This document shows positions 27,905-41,325 of a DNA stretch of 64,000 nt, piece after piece. A program made the position numbers and the translations under genes. The notes beneath the pieces were generated by a model. The model saw only the letters and a program-made list of their open reading frames with translations, had not been told where the DNA came from and did not search any database. This DNA comes from Massalongia carnosa (Eukaryota), in contig OZ287077.1 in assembly GCA_965645245.1 (NCBI GenBank), positions 1,116,001 through 1,180,000 on the forward strand, written 5' to 3'. Positions within the stretch are counted from its first letter, which is position 1. Each line of letters starts with the position of its first letter.

Positions 27905-29205
27905 ACCTGTCACTAACGTCCTGCAATGCGCATGATCCGTGCCCCCCGTGCAGGTCTCCGTTCTCGAACACCATGACTAGCGCCCATCGCCTTTCGTGCG
28001 CGGAGTGGGGGCGCACTACTTAGTTAGTAGACGCTATGTTGATGTACTTATGTTAGAAACTTAGAGCGGGAGTGGGGAAAGGTGACAGGGAGAAGATGTG
28101 GGTGAGAAGGGGGTGTTTGGCTCCTAGCCCCGGAAATCCACGCCTATCTCCGAGAAAGAGAAAAAAAAAATCGGCAGAAAATGCCAGCGATCTCGGTGAG
28201 AGAGAGAAACACATCTCACCACGATGTTTTTTCTTAAGGCGTCACCAATGCGTAACGGATGACAGAGTACAGACCAGAGTACGACACGCCTCCAGTTACA
28301 CACATTTCTATCGTCAATCGCCCTCCAGATCCGATTCGGGCCGATCAGATCGCCGTCCCACGTTCCCTTTCCCCCTCCATCCAAACAAAAGATGCACTAA
28401 ACCAAGTAACATCGACCGACCGACCGACCGAGTACAGAGTACCACGACCCAAGATCCGAACGTCCTCCCATACCACTATTTTCCAATTTAAAAAAATTTT
28501 TAAGAAAAAAGGAAAAGAGAGGGCCCGTTCATTCCAGATTCCCGCCTTCCACAAGCTAGTTGCTTCGTATCCCGTCATAGCCGGCCGGCGAGAGCCCATG
28601 CAAAATGTCCACCTTACTCGCGACTCTGTGCTCTCTGTACCTCTGTATACGACCCAGGATAACAACATGGGGGGGAGCGAGAGACTCCAGTGTACTGGAT
28701 CGTGCGTGTGTGCAGAGCGTTTGCGAGATCTCTCGCTACTCTCCCGGTCAGCACGGTGATCCACTCTACCCTGTCTATCTACTCTGTATAGAACAAGTAT
28801 ATCGTACAGACCTCACCCTCCCGTGCGAGGGTGCATCGCTACCACTACCTCCCTACCGAGCACCTACCCACCTACCTACCTACCTACCAGCCTTTCTACC
28901 CAAACCCAAACCCAGTCAGGAACCCACTACCCTACCGGCCGCTTTCCGAACTAGGGAATTTCCCGAGGGGACCGGTGCTTATGTAGAAAGTTAGGTACAA
29001 AGCCCATATGTATCACCCGCGCGTAGCTCCCTCACGCAAAATCCTAAGAAACGAGAGGCTACTTGCCTAACTTACCTACCAATTGGGGGTGCAGGAGGGC
29101 TTGCTGGGTTGCAGAGGGGCTGCGGGGGATTTTGTAGGAGGTGTACAGAGAGTACAGACGGTAAGTGGGTAGATTAGTTGAATGGGTGAATGGAGACGAA
29201 GGAGG

Positions 29206-29252
29206 AGAAGAAGAAGAAGGAGAAGAAGAAGAAGAAGAAGAAGAAGAAGAAG
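29206..29252. repeat. (GAA)n microsatellite
   Basis: Nearly pure GAA run of about 15 units with one interruption. Confidence 0.9.
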
Positions 29253-29645
29253 CTATTAGGCATTACTATATAAGGTAGGTAGGAAAGTAGAGGTATTCGC
29301 TGGAGGTTCGGACATGGCTGACTTGAGCTGCTCGTGAGCTATTCGGTCGCAATGGGGAAACTACTCGATATGTATGTATGTATATGTTACCCAAGTCCGG
29401 CGGTCTGGAAACGAGCGGTTTCAAAGCCGATTCGGTTCCATCTGTCTATTTACGTGAGGCTCGTGATGTTTTATAATACCCGAGGTAGATATAAAGCAAA
29501 AACGTACGGTGCGAAACGAGGGTATCATCCACCAAAAAACCGCAATGCCACCGACGGGTTCGAACATCTATCCAACCAAACCCACCTCACTGTGTGTGCA
29601 ACACAACCCGACAGGGTTGGTGCTTTTGGATATAAAAACCACCCA

Positions 29646-31394
29646 TCAGGAATCCCATATCGGCCCATAAGCGGGGATGCCGCGACTCTCCATGCCATAA
29701 ACGACCTTTCGCGTCAAGGCCGGGTTCGAGATGACGAAGACGGCCTCAGCGCCGGACTCGCGAAACAGGTGATACGTCAGCGCCACCATGTCCGGGCGGC
29801 CCGAGGCGCGCGTGTTGATGATCATGGCGTCGGGGTCGGCCTTGGCCACGCTCTCGACGATGGAGGCCCCGTACGTCTGGAGCGGATTGGGCGTGGACCA
29901 GAGGATGCGGCAACGCAGGGGGCGCGACACGAGCATGGAGAGGCAGGGCCCGATGCCCGATCCCGTCGTGACGATGACGACGCGCCGAAAGATTTCAGCC
30001 ATGCGGAGCACGCCCGTGATGGGCACGCCGCGGATCCAGTACGAGGCTTTGGGGCGCAGGATTTGGTCCTTGGTCCAATCGCCTGCGTCGGAGACGATTA
30101 GGGAGAAGGAGGAGCCGTCGGCTTCGGGGATGGTGGCGAACGCGTGCCATTCTTTCAGGGGGTTGTGTGTGATGCGGATGCCCAAGACAGGCCCAATTTT
30201 CATGTACTTGAAGCGGATGCGAACTGCGTGAGCGGACAGGACTTCGGGGAAGGCCTCGACTTTTCGGAGTCGGACCCAGGGGAGGATGATGAAAAAGGTG
30301 ATTGCAAGCAGAATCCAGAATGCGGGAGCCTTGATCACAACGATGCCCAGAGAATCTGCTCCAGGGATTTTCGATTGGGCCTTACACACCAGCAAGATTT
30401 CTACCCAAAACAGGCCGACTGACGTCCAGCCCGCAAACCGATGTACAGCTTCGAAGGTGTTATGGGAGAAGATCCGAAACCTTGGAATCGCGAAGAGGCA
30501 TATGGAGAGAAACAGAGTAAGCAGTATATACGTGATTGCCACAATGGCGGGCTCATCGAAACTTCCCGAGGTGTAATCCCTGGTGATCAAGGCTGTGAAC
30601 AAAATGAACCATGCTACCGCTGACACCGCGCAGCCGCTGTGAACCCCTCCAAAGTGATAAAGCTTAGCTATCACGCGGCGAAGTCGCAGCGGCCACGATG
30701 TGGGTGTCCAGCAACATATATTGTAAAGGGAGTTGATAACGTTTTCTTGCCGTATCAGGATTGAACCCAGGATATTCGCAGACGCGGCAGTTGCTATGCT
30801 CGATAGTGATGGACCAGATAGGCGAGAGTTTCGGTTTATAACTAAGAAAACAATGAAAGCTGTTATATTGGCAACAAAGACGATGGAAAAAAGCCGCTGA
30901 TAGACTGATATGAGATTATGCCGCAGCCTTCTCCATATGCGTCGCTCCCGCTTACATGGTAATGTCGGCATCTCGTCTGGGGGTATCGATATTCGCCATG
31001 CGCCATTGCTGGCGTTGAATTGCGCTGATGCGCGGTCTGGTCGTGGCATAGAGTTCTTATCTGACTCCTTAAAAAAATCGGCTCCAAGTGCTTGTGGGAT
31101 CAGTACTGGAGTAACGACTCCCTTCTCGAGATCTTCGTAGGAACTGCTGGAATGCGTTGATCCTGAAGGACATTCCTGTTCCGTTGGGTACCCCATTGCA
31201 GTTGCTCTTGCTGTATCCAAGAGGACTGGCTGGAAAGGCAGCTCCGCAGAACCCTTCCCAAGGGAGCCCTGACTCACATCTTGTGCATCTAGGCTGGTGT
31301 TTTGTGTAGTAGAGGCATCCGTTATACCAACTCTTGGAGATATACTAGAGTCGAGAGCTGCAGCTCGAGTATTGTAATCTTGAGATAGAGCCAT
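29646..31394 (-). CDS. TmpA-like integral-membrane flavoprotein oxidoreductase (ferric-reductase-like TM + FNR-like domain)
   Basis: 582 aa; about 6 TM segments with YHFGGVHSG and HNTFEAVHRFAGW His motifs; EWHAFAT, VSDAGDWT, TTGSGIGPCLS, YGPIWDS terminus. Confidence 0.88.
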   Translation of the reverse strand: MALSQDYNTRAAALDSSISPRVGITDASTTQNTSLDAQDVSQGSLGKGSAELPFQPVLLDTARATAMGYPTEQECPSGSTHSSSSYEDLEKGVVTPVLIPQALGADFFKESDKNSMPRPDRASAQFNASNGAWRISIPPDEMPTLPCKRERRIWRRLRHNLISVYQRLFSIVFVANITAFIVFLVINRNSRLSGPSLSSIATAASANILGSILIRQENVINSLYNICCWTPTSWPLRLRRVIAKLYHFGGVHSGCAVSAVAWFILFTALITRDYTSGSFDEPAIVAITYILLTLFLSICLFAIPRFRIFSHNTFEAVHRFAGWTSVGLFWVEILLVCKAQSKIPGADSLGIVVIKAPAFWILLAITFFIILPWVRLRKVEAFPEVLSAHAVRIRFKYMKIGPVLGIRITHNPLKEWHAFATIPEADGSSFSLIVSDAGDWTKDQILRPKASYWIRGVPITGVLRMAEIFRRVVIVTTGSGIGPCLSMLVSRPLRCRILWSTPNPLQTYGASIVESVAKADPDAMIINTRASGRPDMVALTYHLFRESGAEAVFVISNPALTRKVVYGMESRGIPAYGPIWDS

Positions 31395-34300
31395 TGCAAC
31401 AATTGGCTACTGTTTGATGGTTAAGGAAGGAGCGAGGACATGTACGCTTAGAGCTTCCTATGGATGGAATTAAACTGACACGGCAGACGTTGAGGCACCT
31501 GGATTGCATCAGGGGCCGGGGCCGGTGCTGCTGGGGGAGGCGCTACATGAGGTAAACGAACTATGCACTTCCGCTGACTAGGGAGCTTTATTCAAGCTTA
31601 GATAAGATGCTAATGGTCAAAATCCATCAAGATAGCAAGAAGCATGCCAAGCAGCTCCAGGCTGTCCGTTTGGAGAAATAGCATAGGCAGAGGCGGCGAT
31701 CTTATGTAGAGAACTATAGCGATAGCGCACCATGTGTACTGATACACGTAGGTACATAGGTGTTGACTATAAAGGTTAGACATAGGTAAAAATCCGAGGA
31801 ATTTATTGGTTGATCAATCTCGAACCTGACGCCGATGCGGCGGACACCCTCAAACGGATCTAAAGAAGAAGTAAGGTAATTCTTATTCAGTTGGTAACGC
31901 TTACGGAACCACACGCACAGGAGACACACGGTCGGTAAGGCATTCGCAGCTCGCTTGGATCGCACAGTTACAGGTCAGGTCATAACAAAGCATCACGAAT
32001 CTGGAGATAGAAGACTAGACTTTCATCGCGTTCGAACGGTTGCCGCCTCGTAATACACGTGCGGAATACATAAGCCACTAAGCGAAACGATGGAGCAGAA
32101 AGGCTATTTGCTAGACACCCTCCACTCTCTTTGGTGGTGGGGCCGCAACACCTTCGACGGACAAGGGAAGTCCATGGCCGAAGTTGCAGGAACTAGAGAG
32201 GGTAGACAAGGTTCGGGGGGGGGGGGTGGAGAGGGGGGTTGGGGGGTTGGTTTAGAGGGGGGTTAGGGGAAAGAACTTGAAGATAGACAGTATCAATAAT
32301 AGAAAGAGATGCACAAAGTCAAAAACTACCAAGGAAATTCCAGCAAATGCAGGTAAGAGGCAAGAGATCAGCCCTTTCAGAACAAAAACAATATGCTATG
32401 GCAAGACTGCCTAAGCTACACTAAGTGGTAGGGTATTTTGTGTGCCTCAAACTTATACTTCACTGTGCACAGTGAGATCATGCTCATAGTGAACTTTATA
32501 GAGTAAGCTTTTTTCATGATACCTTAGTGTCCCATCGCCTGCCTTGTTAGCTGTTGTCGCGTATGCGGGCCCACAGATAAAGGCCGGACAGCGCCTCCGA
32601 CATGCAGACCGCTACAAACAGCGATTTGTCTAAAACTTCAATCCTAGATCATCCAACAAGTCTTTGGCTAAATGTGATGCGTTGTTGCTCACGTTGCAAT
32701 CCAAAGTTGTGGAGATGCCCAGATGATGAAAACATGAGGCCACAAGATCGAAAATGGCGTCAAAATGTAACACGTAATCTAATCAGGCAACTGTATGGGT
32801 AAGTTAAACGCTGTAATGCTACGCCGAGTTGATCCTTTGAGAGTTTTCTGTCCCATCGGTGGTGTTTTCACGTTTGTCAAACGAGTTCGTGCAAACGCGA
32901 TTTCTCTGGGGCTACAATTTCGCGTCCAGACCAGAATAGCCCCTCAAGTACACAGAGTACGTTCATCGTGGCCGTCACCACACCTAAAAATGGATTACCT
33001 GTAGAGTAGGAATGACATTAAACTGGGCAGTCCATTTTTGACCCGGATCCACACACCATACCTTTATTGAGCTTAAACGTTTATAATATTCTAGAGACGA
33101 AAAGACCAACGAGGTGACCCAACGAGGCTGAGGTATCGAACGGACAACCTTCTTTCCTCTACCTGCGATGCTGGGTGGATTCGATAGTAGTCTGTATGGT
33201 CAAGACCACACAACGAGACCTTTATTCGTATATAGAGTAGCGTTTTCTAAGTTCCTCTTCTCCTCCTAAGATAAGAAGTTAAGATACGAAGATAAAGACG
33301 TTGACTTAAGGCATGAAGCGTCGACGATGGAGGACGGTGCTCCTACCACGTGGTATCCTCGGGGTTCTATTGGCCTTATGCGGTTCATCGTTTGATCATC
33401 GGATAAGTCTGTTCGCTTGTTTGCTAATGGCTCACTGGTAGGATCTAGCGCAAGGTTTCTTGGTCATGAATCAATATCTTAGTATAGCATCTCTTCGAAT
33501 TCCGCTTATTCAGACCACTTTGCTTATTGGTTGCGAAGCGGTCACTGGAGGCTCTAACGACCTGCAGTTGCCTTTTGTTGCCCGAAGTCGCTCAAAGTCC
33601 TGGAGCACAGGCTCCTCACTAATTAGTCTGGCCTGCTACGATAGATACTGATTGATGTTCGCTGATGAGAGGAAAATCAAACCACCTCAGTGTAACACGG
33701 TGTTCCTTTTGGTATGTACATCCCTTAGGTTTTCCGAATATACGATGAGGAAACGCAATTGCTTGGGGGCGTGATTTACTGCAGAATCCACAAACTATTC
33801 GTGCGACTGCGTATCTGTGTCTTTTTGATCTGAAACAACTGGATGTTAAAGGTGAGCCTGCCGAGAGGTGCATCAGCTGTTTGAGACTGTTAGCGGGTAG
33901 CCAGTATCAGCAACACACCACGGAGAACCACACAGATCCAGGGGACATTAGATACTCTGTAAGTATGCAACATGAAAGCATGGGTTCTATCAGCAACTCA
34001 ATAGACCAGAACACGGAGGGGAAGAAGAGTAAAGGTTTTCACACGTCGTGCAACCAGCCATGCCCTGGAGGTTTTTTATTGGCGATTCGAGTTCTTGATG
34101 ACGACTGGTGCCCTCAATCAAGAGCGAGATGCGCAAGCATGCATGGTTGAAGGAAACCAAGTCACTTCGGTTATGAGGCGATGGGACACAATTTACAATA
34201 TGACATCCAATGTTCTCCTTGATGCGAAAGATCAGTCAACCACGTAGTGAACTCGGCCGGTCGAGAAGGCCGCACCGGCTTGAGTGGGTTTCGGATCAAG

Positions 34301-35601
34301 TCCAAAGTTCATGCATGAAGCCTCAATGTGCGCTGTAAAGCATTGATTTCCGGAGATGATCGATGGCATATATCTATCGGATTATGGAGGCATGATATGG
34401 GGCATGAATCATTTTGGGGAACTCAGAAAGGTTAGATATACTCTGTACGAGGGGACAGGTCTCCTGGTCGGATGCGGCAGCTTTTTCGTAAGCCACAGAA
34501 CGTTAAACCCCCCAACTCATGTAAATCTCCAATTTAACCCCGGGCAACTTCTAAGCCCCTTTTCAATCTTATCAAAGGGGACAATTGTGCAGGACAAAAT
34601 CGATTCCCAATACAAGAGTACAGAGTATGTAAGTTACAGAGTGTATACAGAGTACTCGTTATGGCATCCTACACCAAACAACATCCGAACCCAACCTTCT
34701 GCTTCAAGATCATCTACCGAGCAGCTGTTGGCTTTTGGCCTGGAGTGGACATCATCATCATACAATCGATACAACGATTGTTCAATGGTTCGCTCGTCGG
34801 AGCACCTCAGGGTGCGCACAAATACATCAAAGTGCTCAGCCGTACTCTTGCAACCCAACTCACCGTTTGCCTCTGCTATCCTCATCAATGCCGTCGCGAA
34901 GTCTGGTCACGAGCGTGTTGTCCTGTTAAGGCCCAGCCTGTAAGGCGTCCAGGTCATCATCAGTCTCTCAGGGACCGGTTTGGAACAGATATACTCCGTA
35001 TCCATACTCCATACCCAACACTCAGCACAGCCAAGACTGAGATCCATTTCCTCCAAATGAGAAATGAGTAGGTAGGGAGGAGGTATTCCGCAGTCCGAAC
35101 CATGCAAGTAACACCCGTAAAGAAGACGCCCCCGCTCCCTTAAAAATCGCAAGAATCATAACGTATCCCAATCAGAATGCATTGAACCCGTAGCACCGCC
35201 ATCCTAGTGGCTCCTCCGTAACAGCTCGTGGGGATCCGATGCACAAGCAGATGCCAAGGCAGATGCTAAGCCTTAGGCCGAGGACGTAATCCCGCCGTAA
35301 AGGATAAATTCATGCACTAAAATAGGAAAATAAAGTGTAAGATACGTACGTAGGTCATGTTGGTCGGTGATGGACGAAACCTTTCGTTTCCACCAGTTTT
35401 CCTTTCCCAACCATTGCCCCTTTACTCCTCCTCATTTCAAGTGCCAACTCGATTGCTAGCTCCTCATGTTGGGGGATTTATCATTACTTTGGACGGAGCT
35501 TCTTTACTGCGGCTAGGTATTTTACGAGTTGCTTCTCCCATTGAGGATCGTACGCTGTACATATTTTAATGGACGCTGGCATATAAAAGCTAATCAAGGA
35601 C

Positions 35602-37031
35602 ATGTCAACTGGAACCGGCAAGCGGGATGTAGTATGGGCGGACGTATGTGGATGGTGATGAATGCTCTGTACACTTGCCAGTACTGATCATGAAGCGCAG
35701 GGTCTACGAGGCATTGCATCAGTTCTCGTCGTCACCGCGCACATATGTCGATCCTTAGCGCCACATCTCCTCTCTCCTGCCATGTCCGAAAAACTCCCCC
35801 CGATGCTGTTCCAGCTACCGTTTATTCGATGTCTGGTCATGGGGCGAGCTAGTGTCGCCGCCTTCGCTCTCCTTGCGGGTTATGTTAACTCGTTGTCGCC
35901 CATCAAAAAATCCCGCGCGGGAAACGTGGAGGGCGCTCTGTCGGGGATTGCAAAGAGCGCGTTTCGACGGACAGGCCGTTTTATCTTCCCGGCAATGATA
36001 GCAACGACGTTGAGTTGGCTCGTCTGTCAGTTTGGGGGATACAGGGTGGCAAAAATGGCCAGCTCAAACTGGATTCGGGACACGAGCCCCGACCCCAGCC
36101 CGTCCTTTGCAGCGGCTATCTACGATCTCTGTGAAAGTCTAGCCAGGACATGGCTGGATGGCGCGAATCAATACGACAAGATTCAATGGACGCTGACCTT
36201 TTTGCTGAAAGGCTCGATGATGACGTACCTGACTTTGTTTTCGCTCGTGTATGTCAAGCCTCGGTGGCGGATGATTATTCTTTGTGGGCTTTTCTATTTC
36301 AAATGGATGGGTGGGGATGGTGAGTGTTATTCACGATCAGATTGGAGGTCATCATGACTAACAATGTGCCAGCTGTTGTGGGCTTTAACGTTTTTATGGG
36401 CATTCTTCTCGCCGAGATCACCCTTGATTCCGAGCTGCAAGCCGCCGTTGCAGCTTATCCAGTATTACAAAGCGTGCTTTCAGCGAGCGCTATCATTCTT
36501 GGATTATACTTTTGCTCATACCCTGAGGAAAATCAACACTGGAGCAGCTGGTCTGCGAATCTGACAAGGCTTGGCGACCGCATCTTTCCGCATGGCGTGG
36601 AGTTTACTCGGTATTATCCTGGGCTCGGGGTCGATATCTTGACGACCGGCATAATGTTCAACACGACCGCGAAAAAGGTCCTCTCTCACCCGTTCTTCTG
36701 TTGGATGGGCAAATTAAGCTTTCCTATTTATCTTCTCCACGCCCCAATGATACGGACCGTCCTGGCATATGCTCTCTTCGGCTTCTCCGTACAGCCAAGT
36801 GGAGGAAGGGACGAGAGCGGAAACGAGTTACCGCCTGGCTGGTTGCCCGTGGCGAACCGGTGGATATGCGTCTTTGCCATTCCGCTGTTCTACGTTTTCT
36901 TATATCGAGTTGCTCAGCTATGGGCTCAACACGTGGACCCCTTTTGCGCACGTGTGACCCAATGGTTCGAAGACCTTGTGTTCAGGGAGGACGCAAAAGT
37001 GATGCAGGAGAAACCCCTGCTTTTATCATAA
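35602..37031 (+). CDS. Acyltransferase-3 (OafA/YrhL-like) membrane O-acyltransferase (3 exons)
   Basis: WAD/GLRGIASVLVVTAH, FALLAGYV, FRRTGRFIFP, WTLTFLLKGS, MGKLSFPIYLLH. Confidence 0.9.
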
Positions 37032-37589
37032 GCTGGATGCAGGGGACCTTTGTACAAAACCTCTCCTTGTTTGAAATATTGTTTTAGGATAGTCCAGCGG
37101 TGTTGATTCCCCGGTAGCGTTTCTGAAGAGGTTCTAGCACTTCACGGCGCCCTGATAAAACTTTGGATGGGAAAGGCAGGGCATATTGGAATAAATCTAA
37201 GACCCACGGTGATTATATTGGATAAACTCGAGAGTAAAACATCTAGTATCCTTCTCAGCTCTGCATTACTCCGTACAATAAATTGTATCTAATCTCTAGC
37301 GCCAGCGGCGAGTCTTTCCCTCGTGACATATCTTATTAGTAAGCAACTCTTGAAGCTATTGCGGGCTTGGCTTGGTGTTCATCATCACATGCAATTGTCA
37401 AAGCGAGATGCACAGATTCTTCATATAATTCACATAACATATCAACATTCTTTTTGTATTTATGTTTAGCTTGTCAGTAAAATTAGCTCCTTTAAAGCCA
37501 GTTGCAAACATTGGTGGCATATGCCTTCTCCTCTACATCTGCTTGGACCGAGTTCCTTTTTAGAGACATTCCTTTGAAAAGCGCAAGTC

Positions 37590-39663
37590 ATGGATGTGCA
37601 TGAGCGTGAGGAAGATTTTCCCTCTCCTGCAAAGAGAGCCAAGAGAAATCCTTCAAACCTCTTGAGTCTTCCACCCGAAATCCTTCAAACAATCGGATGG
37701 CACATGGATGCTTCAGCCTTCTATACCTCGCTTCTCACCTGCAAGAGGTTCATGGAAGTCGCCACCTGTCGACCGAACATTCTGCGCCATCTGTACAACT
37801 TGCCAGGCATACAGCTGGGCCTCAACGACATTCCCACCGCTCAGTTGCTTTTGGTTTTTCGTAAACGCGCTACCGAGTGCCTCTGCGGTGCTGGGGTTCT
37901 TGCCGATGTCAGAAGATGGAACCCTGTGCCGAGCATGGCAAGTTTCAGCAAGGCTATATTCTCTCCAGGACCACCACCTCAGTTCGCTACAGCGCAAGAC
38001 TTTGCCATGGTTCGTGTTTATGAGTTGACTTCACACCACGTCCGTCTGAAAGCCGAGCTTCAAACCTATGCGTGGGAGGCTGGTGATATCTCTGCGCTTG
38101 ACATTATTAAGATGGCCTTTTCGAGCAGTCTAGATCTTGCGGTTTTATACAGGGCTAGGAAGCCAATAAAAAAGCACAAAGTTTCCCCTTTCGTGGACGA
38201 ACTAGCGGAGACAGATAAACAAATGCTGAAATTGGTCACTTTTCCACGGTTGCATACCTCGTCCCGGGGCTTTTTCTATTCGTCGCACCAGCAAGAAACC
38301 AGAGATATTCGGTGCGGCATCGACGTTGAGCCTGTAGGTCTTGCAATTGCGTCGAATGGGAACGCCTGCATCGCATACAAAACCCCTGAAGCTCGAGGTA
38401 GCACTGAAATGTGGCTTATTGGTCGAAACAACAAATTAATGGACGCAAACAATTACGGTCAGTTCTAGAGTTTACCTTTCTGTTTTGCCTGATCTCCTTC
38501 ATAATTTTGAGAGGCCTATGTGTTTTATAATTCTAGCACGGAAGTAGAGAGGGGGGTTTGACGGGTTCTTACAACATGTAGTGATTTTAACTCCCCTCTC
38601 TTCACTTGTGATGAAACTAGAGCGATAGTCCCTCGGCGTTACTACTCATTTGTGAGATTGTCAGGATATGGATTTCCATTTATACGCGAAAAGCAATCCT
38701 TGCTGATTCCCCCTCCCCCCCCCGCTGATATCGATAATCATAGATTCTTCCCCAACAACGGTCATATTGCGAGATCCTCCGAGTATGGGCACACGTCCAG
38801 CATCTGCACGCCTAATATTTAACATGCAGTTCATACGAAAGGACCGAACCCTCAATTTCTACAAGGCTGGAAATCCAATCCACAGCTACTACACTCATTC
38901 CTGCGATCCCGAAAAGACCAGCAGCCACCATTTATCTCAGGAGAATCGAGTTCTGATCAATGTGCAGAAAAATGGCTCCTTGTCAAAGTTTGCGGTTGGG
39001 ATGCCCTTTGCGGGTTTTCACGCACGGAGCGTCGCCGTCGATTTTCAGAAGTCACCTGTCTGTCGGTTTTTCTACCTCGCCATCGGGATCAGTGAAGATT
39101 TCGGCGGGTCCAACGTTTTCATTGTGCAAACCGAGCGTGATGTCCCTTTGTTGCAATGTCAGCATGAGGTCAATCTTGAGAAAGGTCGAAGAGGGACGAA
39201 TTGGCGCGCCCTTGCGCTTCTGGCGGGCTGGCGGCCGAGTACGAGTTCGCTGGGAACGGTGATGGCTATCTCGCCAGGCGGTGGTCGCATTGCCGCTGCC
39301 ACTTGGTCTCGGGTTCTCGTATGGGCGTTCCATCCTACGTTGCTCCATCAGGGGATGCTACAGCACTATTTTCCGGCGCGGGACTACAACCCGAGGAAAG
39401 ACGTTGGCCGGCTACGACCCATCAAGCTGTCAACGGAGGGGGTGATCCATAACATGCTATGGGCCGATGAATCCAAACTCTACGCTACGACCGACCGAGG
39501 CTTGGTGCGTTGGGACATGGGGCATTTGTGTGTTGGGGAGCGGGAAGACTTGTCGTTGGCTTATGACGCTTGGCCCGAAACCGCCATCGAGATGCCAGCT
39601 GCCCAGGGGTTCAACGAGCACTGCATCGGACCCGTGCGTCGTTTAGGAGAACCACAAGGGTAA
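37590..39663 (+). CDS. F-box-like protein with beta-propeller-like C-terminal region (intron boundaries approximate)
   Basis: LLSLPPEILQTI F-box start; C-terminal SSLGTVMAISPGGGRIAAATWSRVLVW...GVIHNMLW...LYATTDRGLVRWD. Confidence 0.65.
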
Positions 39664-41325
39664 ACACACAACGGACTCGTGGGCGGCCGGGGCTTTGACG
39701 AGCCATGGAAAACTACGCGTAGCATCGAGCGATGTGCAGGCGCAGACGAGTTTGTTGATAGATATTGTTACGATGAAACGAAAGCGATTGTCTGATCCCT
39801 ATTGGCATGCTCGTACCCCAGCCACCCCCATGCCACGAGCAGAACCAGCCTGACAGAGCCGCGCTTTTCAACCCGTATGAATAGGTAGTCCTCCCCGGGT
39901 GCTCATCGTGACGGCGGCTCGGTTAACCAGGTAGGTTGTTATCCACAGTCACAATGATGCGCCCAGTTTGATGATGTCTCTCTTTTCCCACCCGGTGTGA
40001 AACTCCTGAAAAGCTTAAAGTTTGCACCAGAAGCCAGCCATTCAGGCGTCCTCGTTGGTCTGAACAAAACCCTCCCTGCGCAGCTGAAAACGCTGCAAGG
40101 CTGACGAGCTGAAAACGCCAGGAACGTGTTAGCTGGAGCGTGATACATGTTTGATTACTCTACATGTACCTAGACCATAGGCGTCAACGCCTAGCTAGGA
40201 AGGTGTAGCACAGAGCACTTACTCGGTACACGACATCCGATTGACGATGCGCTAGAATTTTATGTTAGCATTTGGCTTGTTCTACTTAGGTTTTGGGGGC
40301 TCTCATAGGCCTCGAGTTAGGTTACGCGAGGAGGGCATGTACAACCGATTTTCGAGGATGAAAAAGAATAGTATACAGAGTAGGTACTCCGTACGAGCCT
40401 CATCGATGGAGTATCGGGGGACGGTTAAATGCGGATGATGTCCTCTTGTTAATCGTGAGAAGGACAAACTGCTCCAGATGGATAACTTTTCAAGGTGGTC
40501 AAGCGTAAAGCGCCCAGTACAGAGCATGTAGGGTACGGAGTACATACTCAGCAACTCGACTCTGCACAAAGTGCCGGTACGTACAACCAACTCGGTAGCC
40601 GACATGCTGACATTCCCTCTCCAAGGGAGATCCTACGTAGGTGGCGCCATCTCTGTCCCTGCGGCAAAAAGGGCCCAACTGCTTGGGTGCGGAATGAAAA
40701 GGCAATGCCCGCAAACGTGAACACTGACCGGCTTTGCTGACGGATACTCGGTCCAGCCTCAATACTTCACTCGAACCTCGATCGTTGGATGTCCAATGTG
40801 CCCCGTGGTCAAGAACTAAACATCCCTTCGTTCTTACCATAGCATCTGGTACCTTGTCCTTCAATTTCTACATCACTTCTCACTTCCAACGGTCTGGACC
40901 ACTGCAAGGGACGGCAAGCGACCCCGACTAACCTATCGTTCTAGAACACGCCGAGACATCTCCCATTTCTCCACGATCACATAATCGTCCGCCGTCGCAC
41001 TTTCCGAAAGGGCTTTTGCTCAGCGACTGCCAAAACCTCCGACGCTTTCCCCCTCACCTCCACAGCAGTTACGATTGCTGGGCTTGAGCATACGATTTTT
41101 TCTTTTTGAAGGTCGTCGTTTACCGGCGGTTTGCACACCAAAGCTGGGATATTTCGTATGAGCGGTTTGATCGATTCGCTAATCACTTGACCCCAACCAA
41201 CACCTTCTCTCCTCGTCACGAATGGCAAAACTCAGAAAATAGAAAATGGCTAGGTACAGGAAATCCGAAATTGGGAAGCGCCCAGAATTTCAAAACAATT
41301 GAATTTGGCCGTTTCACTCCGCACC

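Noticed and set aside
29334..30576. Long + strand ORFs opposite the tmpA-like gene (and similar antisense ORFs over ERG6 and SKY1)
   Set aside because: Shadow ORFs caused by the high GC3 of the real gene.
34356..35152. Overlapping 80-195 aa ORFs upstream of the acyltransferase
   Set aside because: No recognisable domain or consistent exon structure; not supportable as CDS.
38608..38707. GTGATGA...CTGA as an intronic C/D snoRNA in the F-box gene
   Set aside because: The CTGA coincides with the probable branch site, and there is no recognisable guide or terminal stem.
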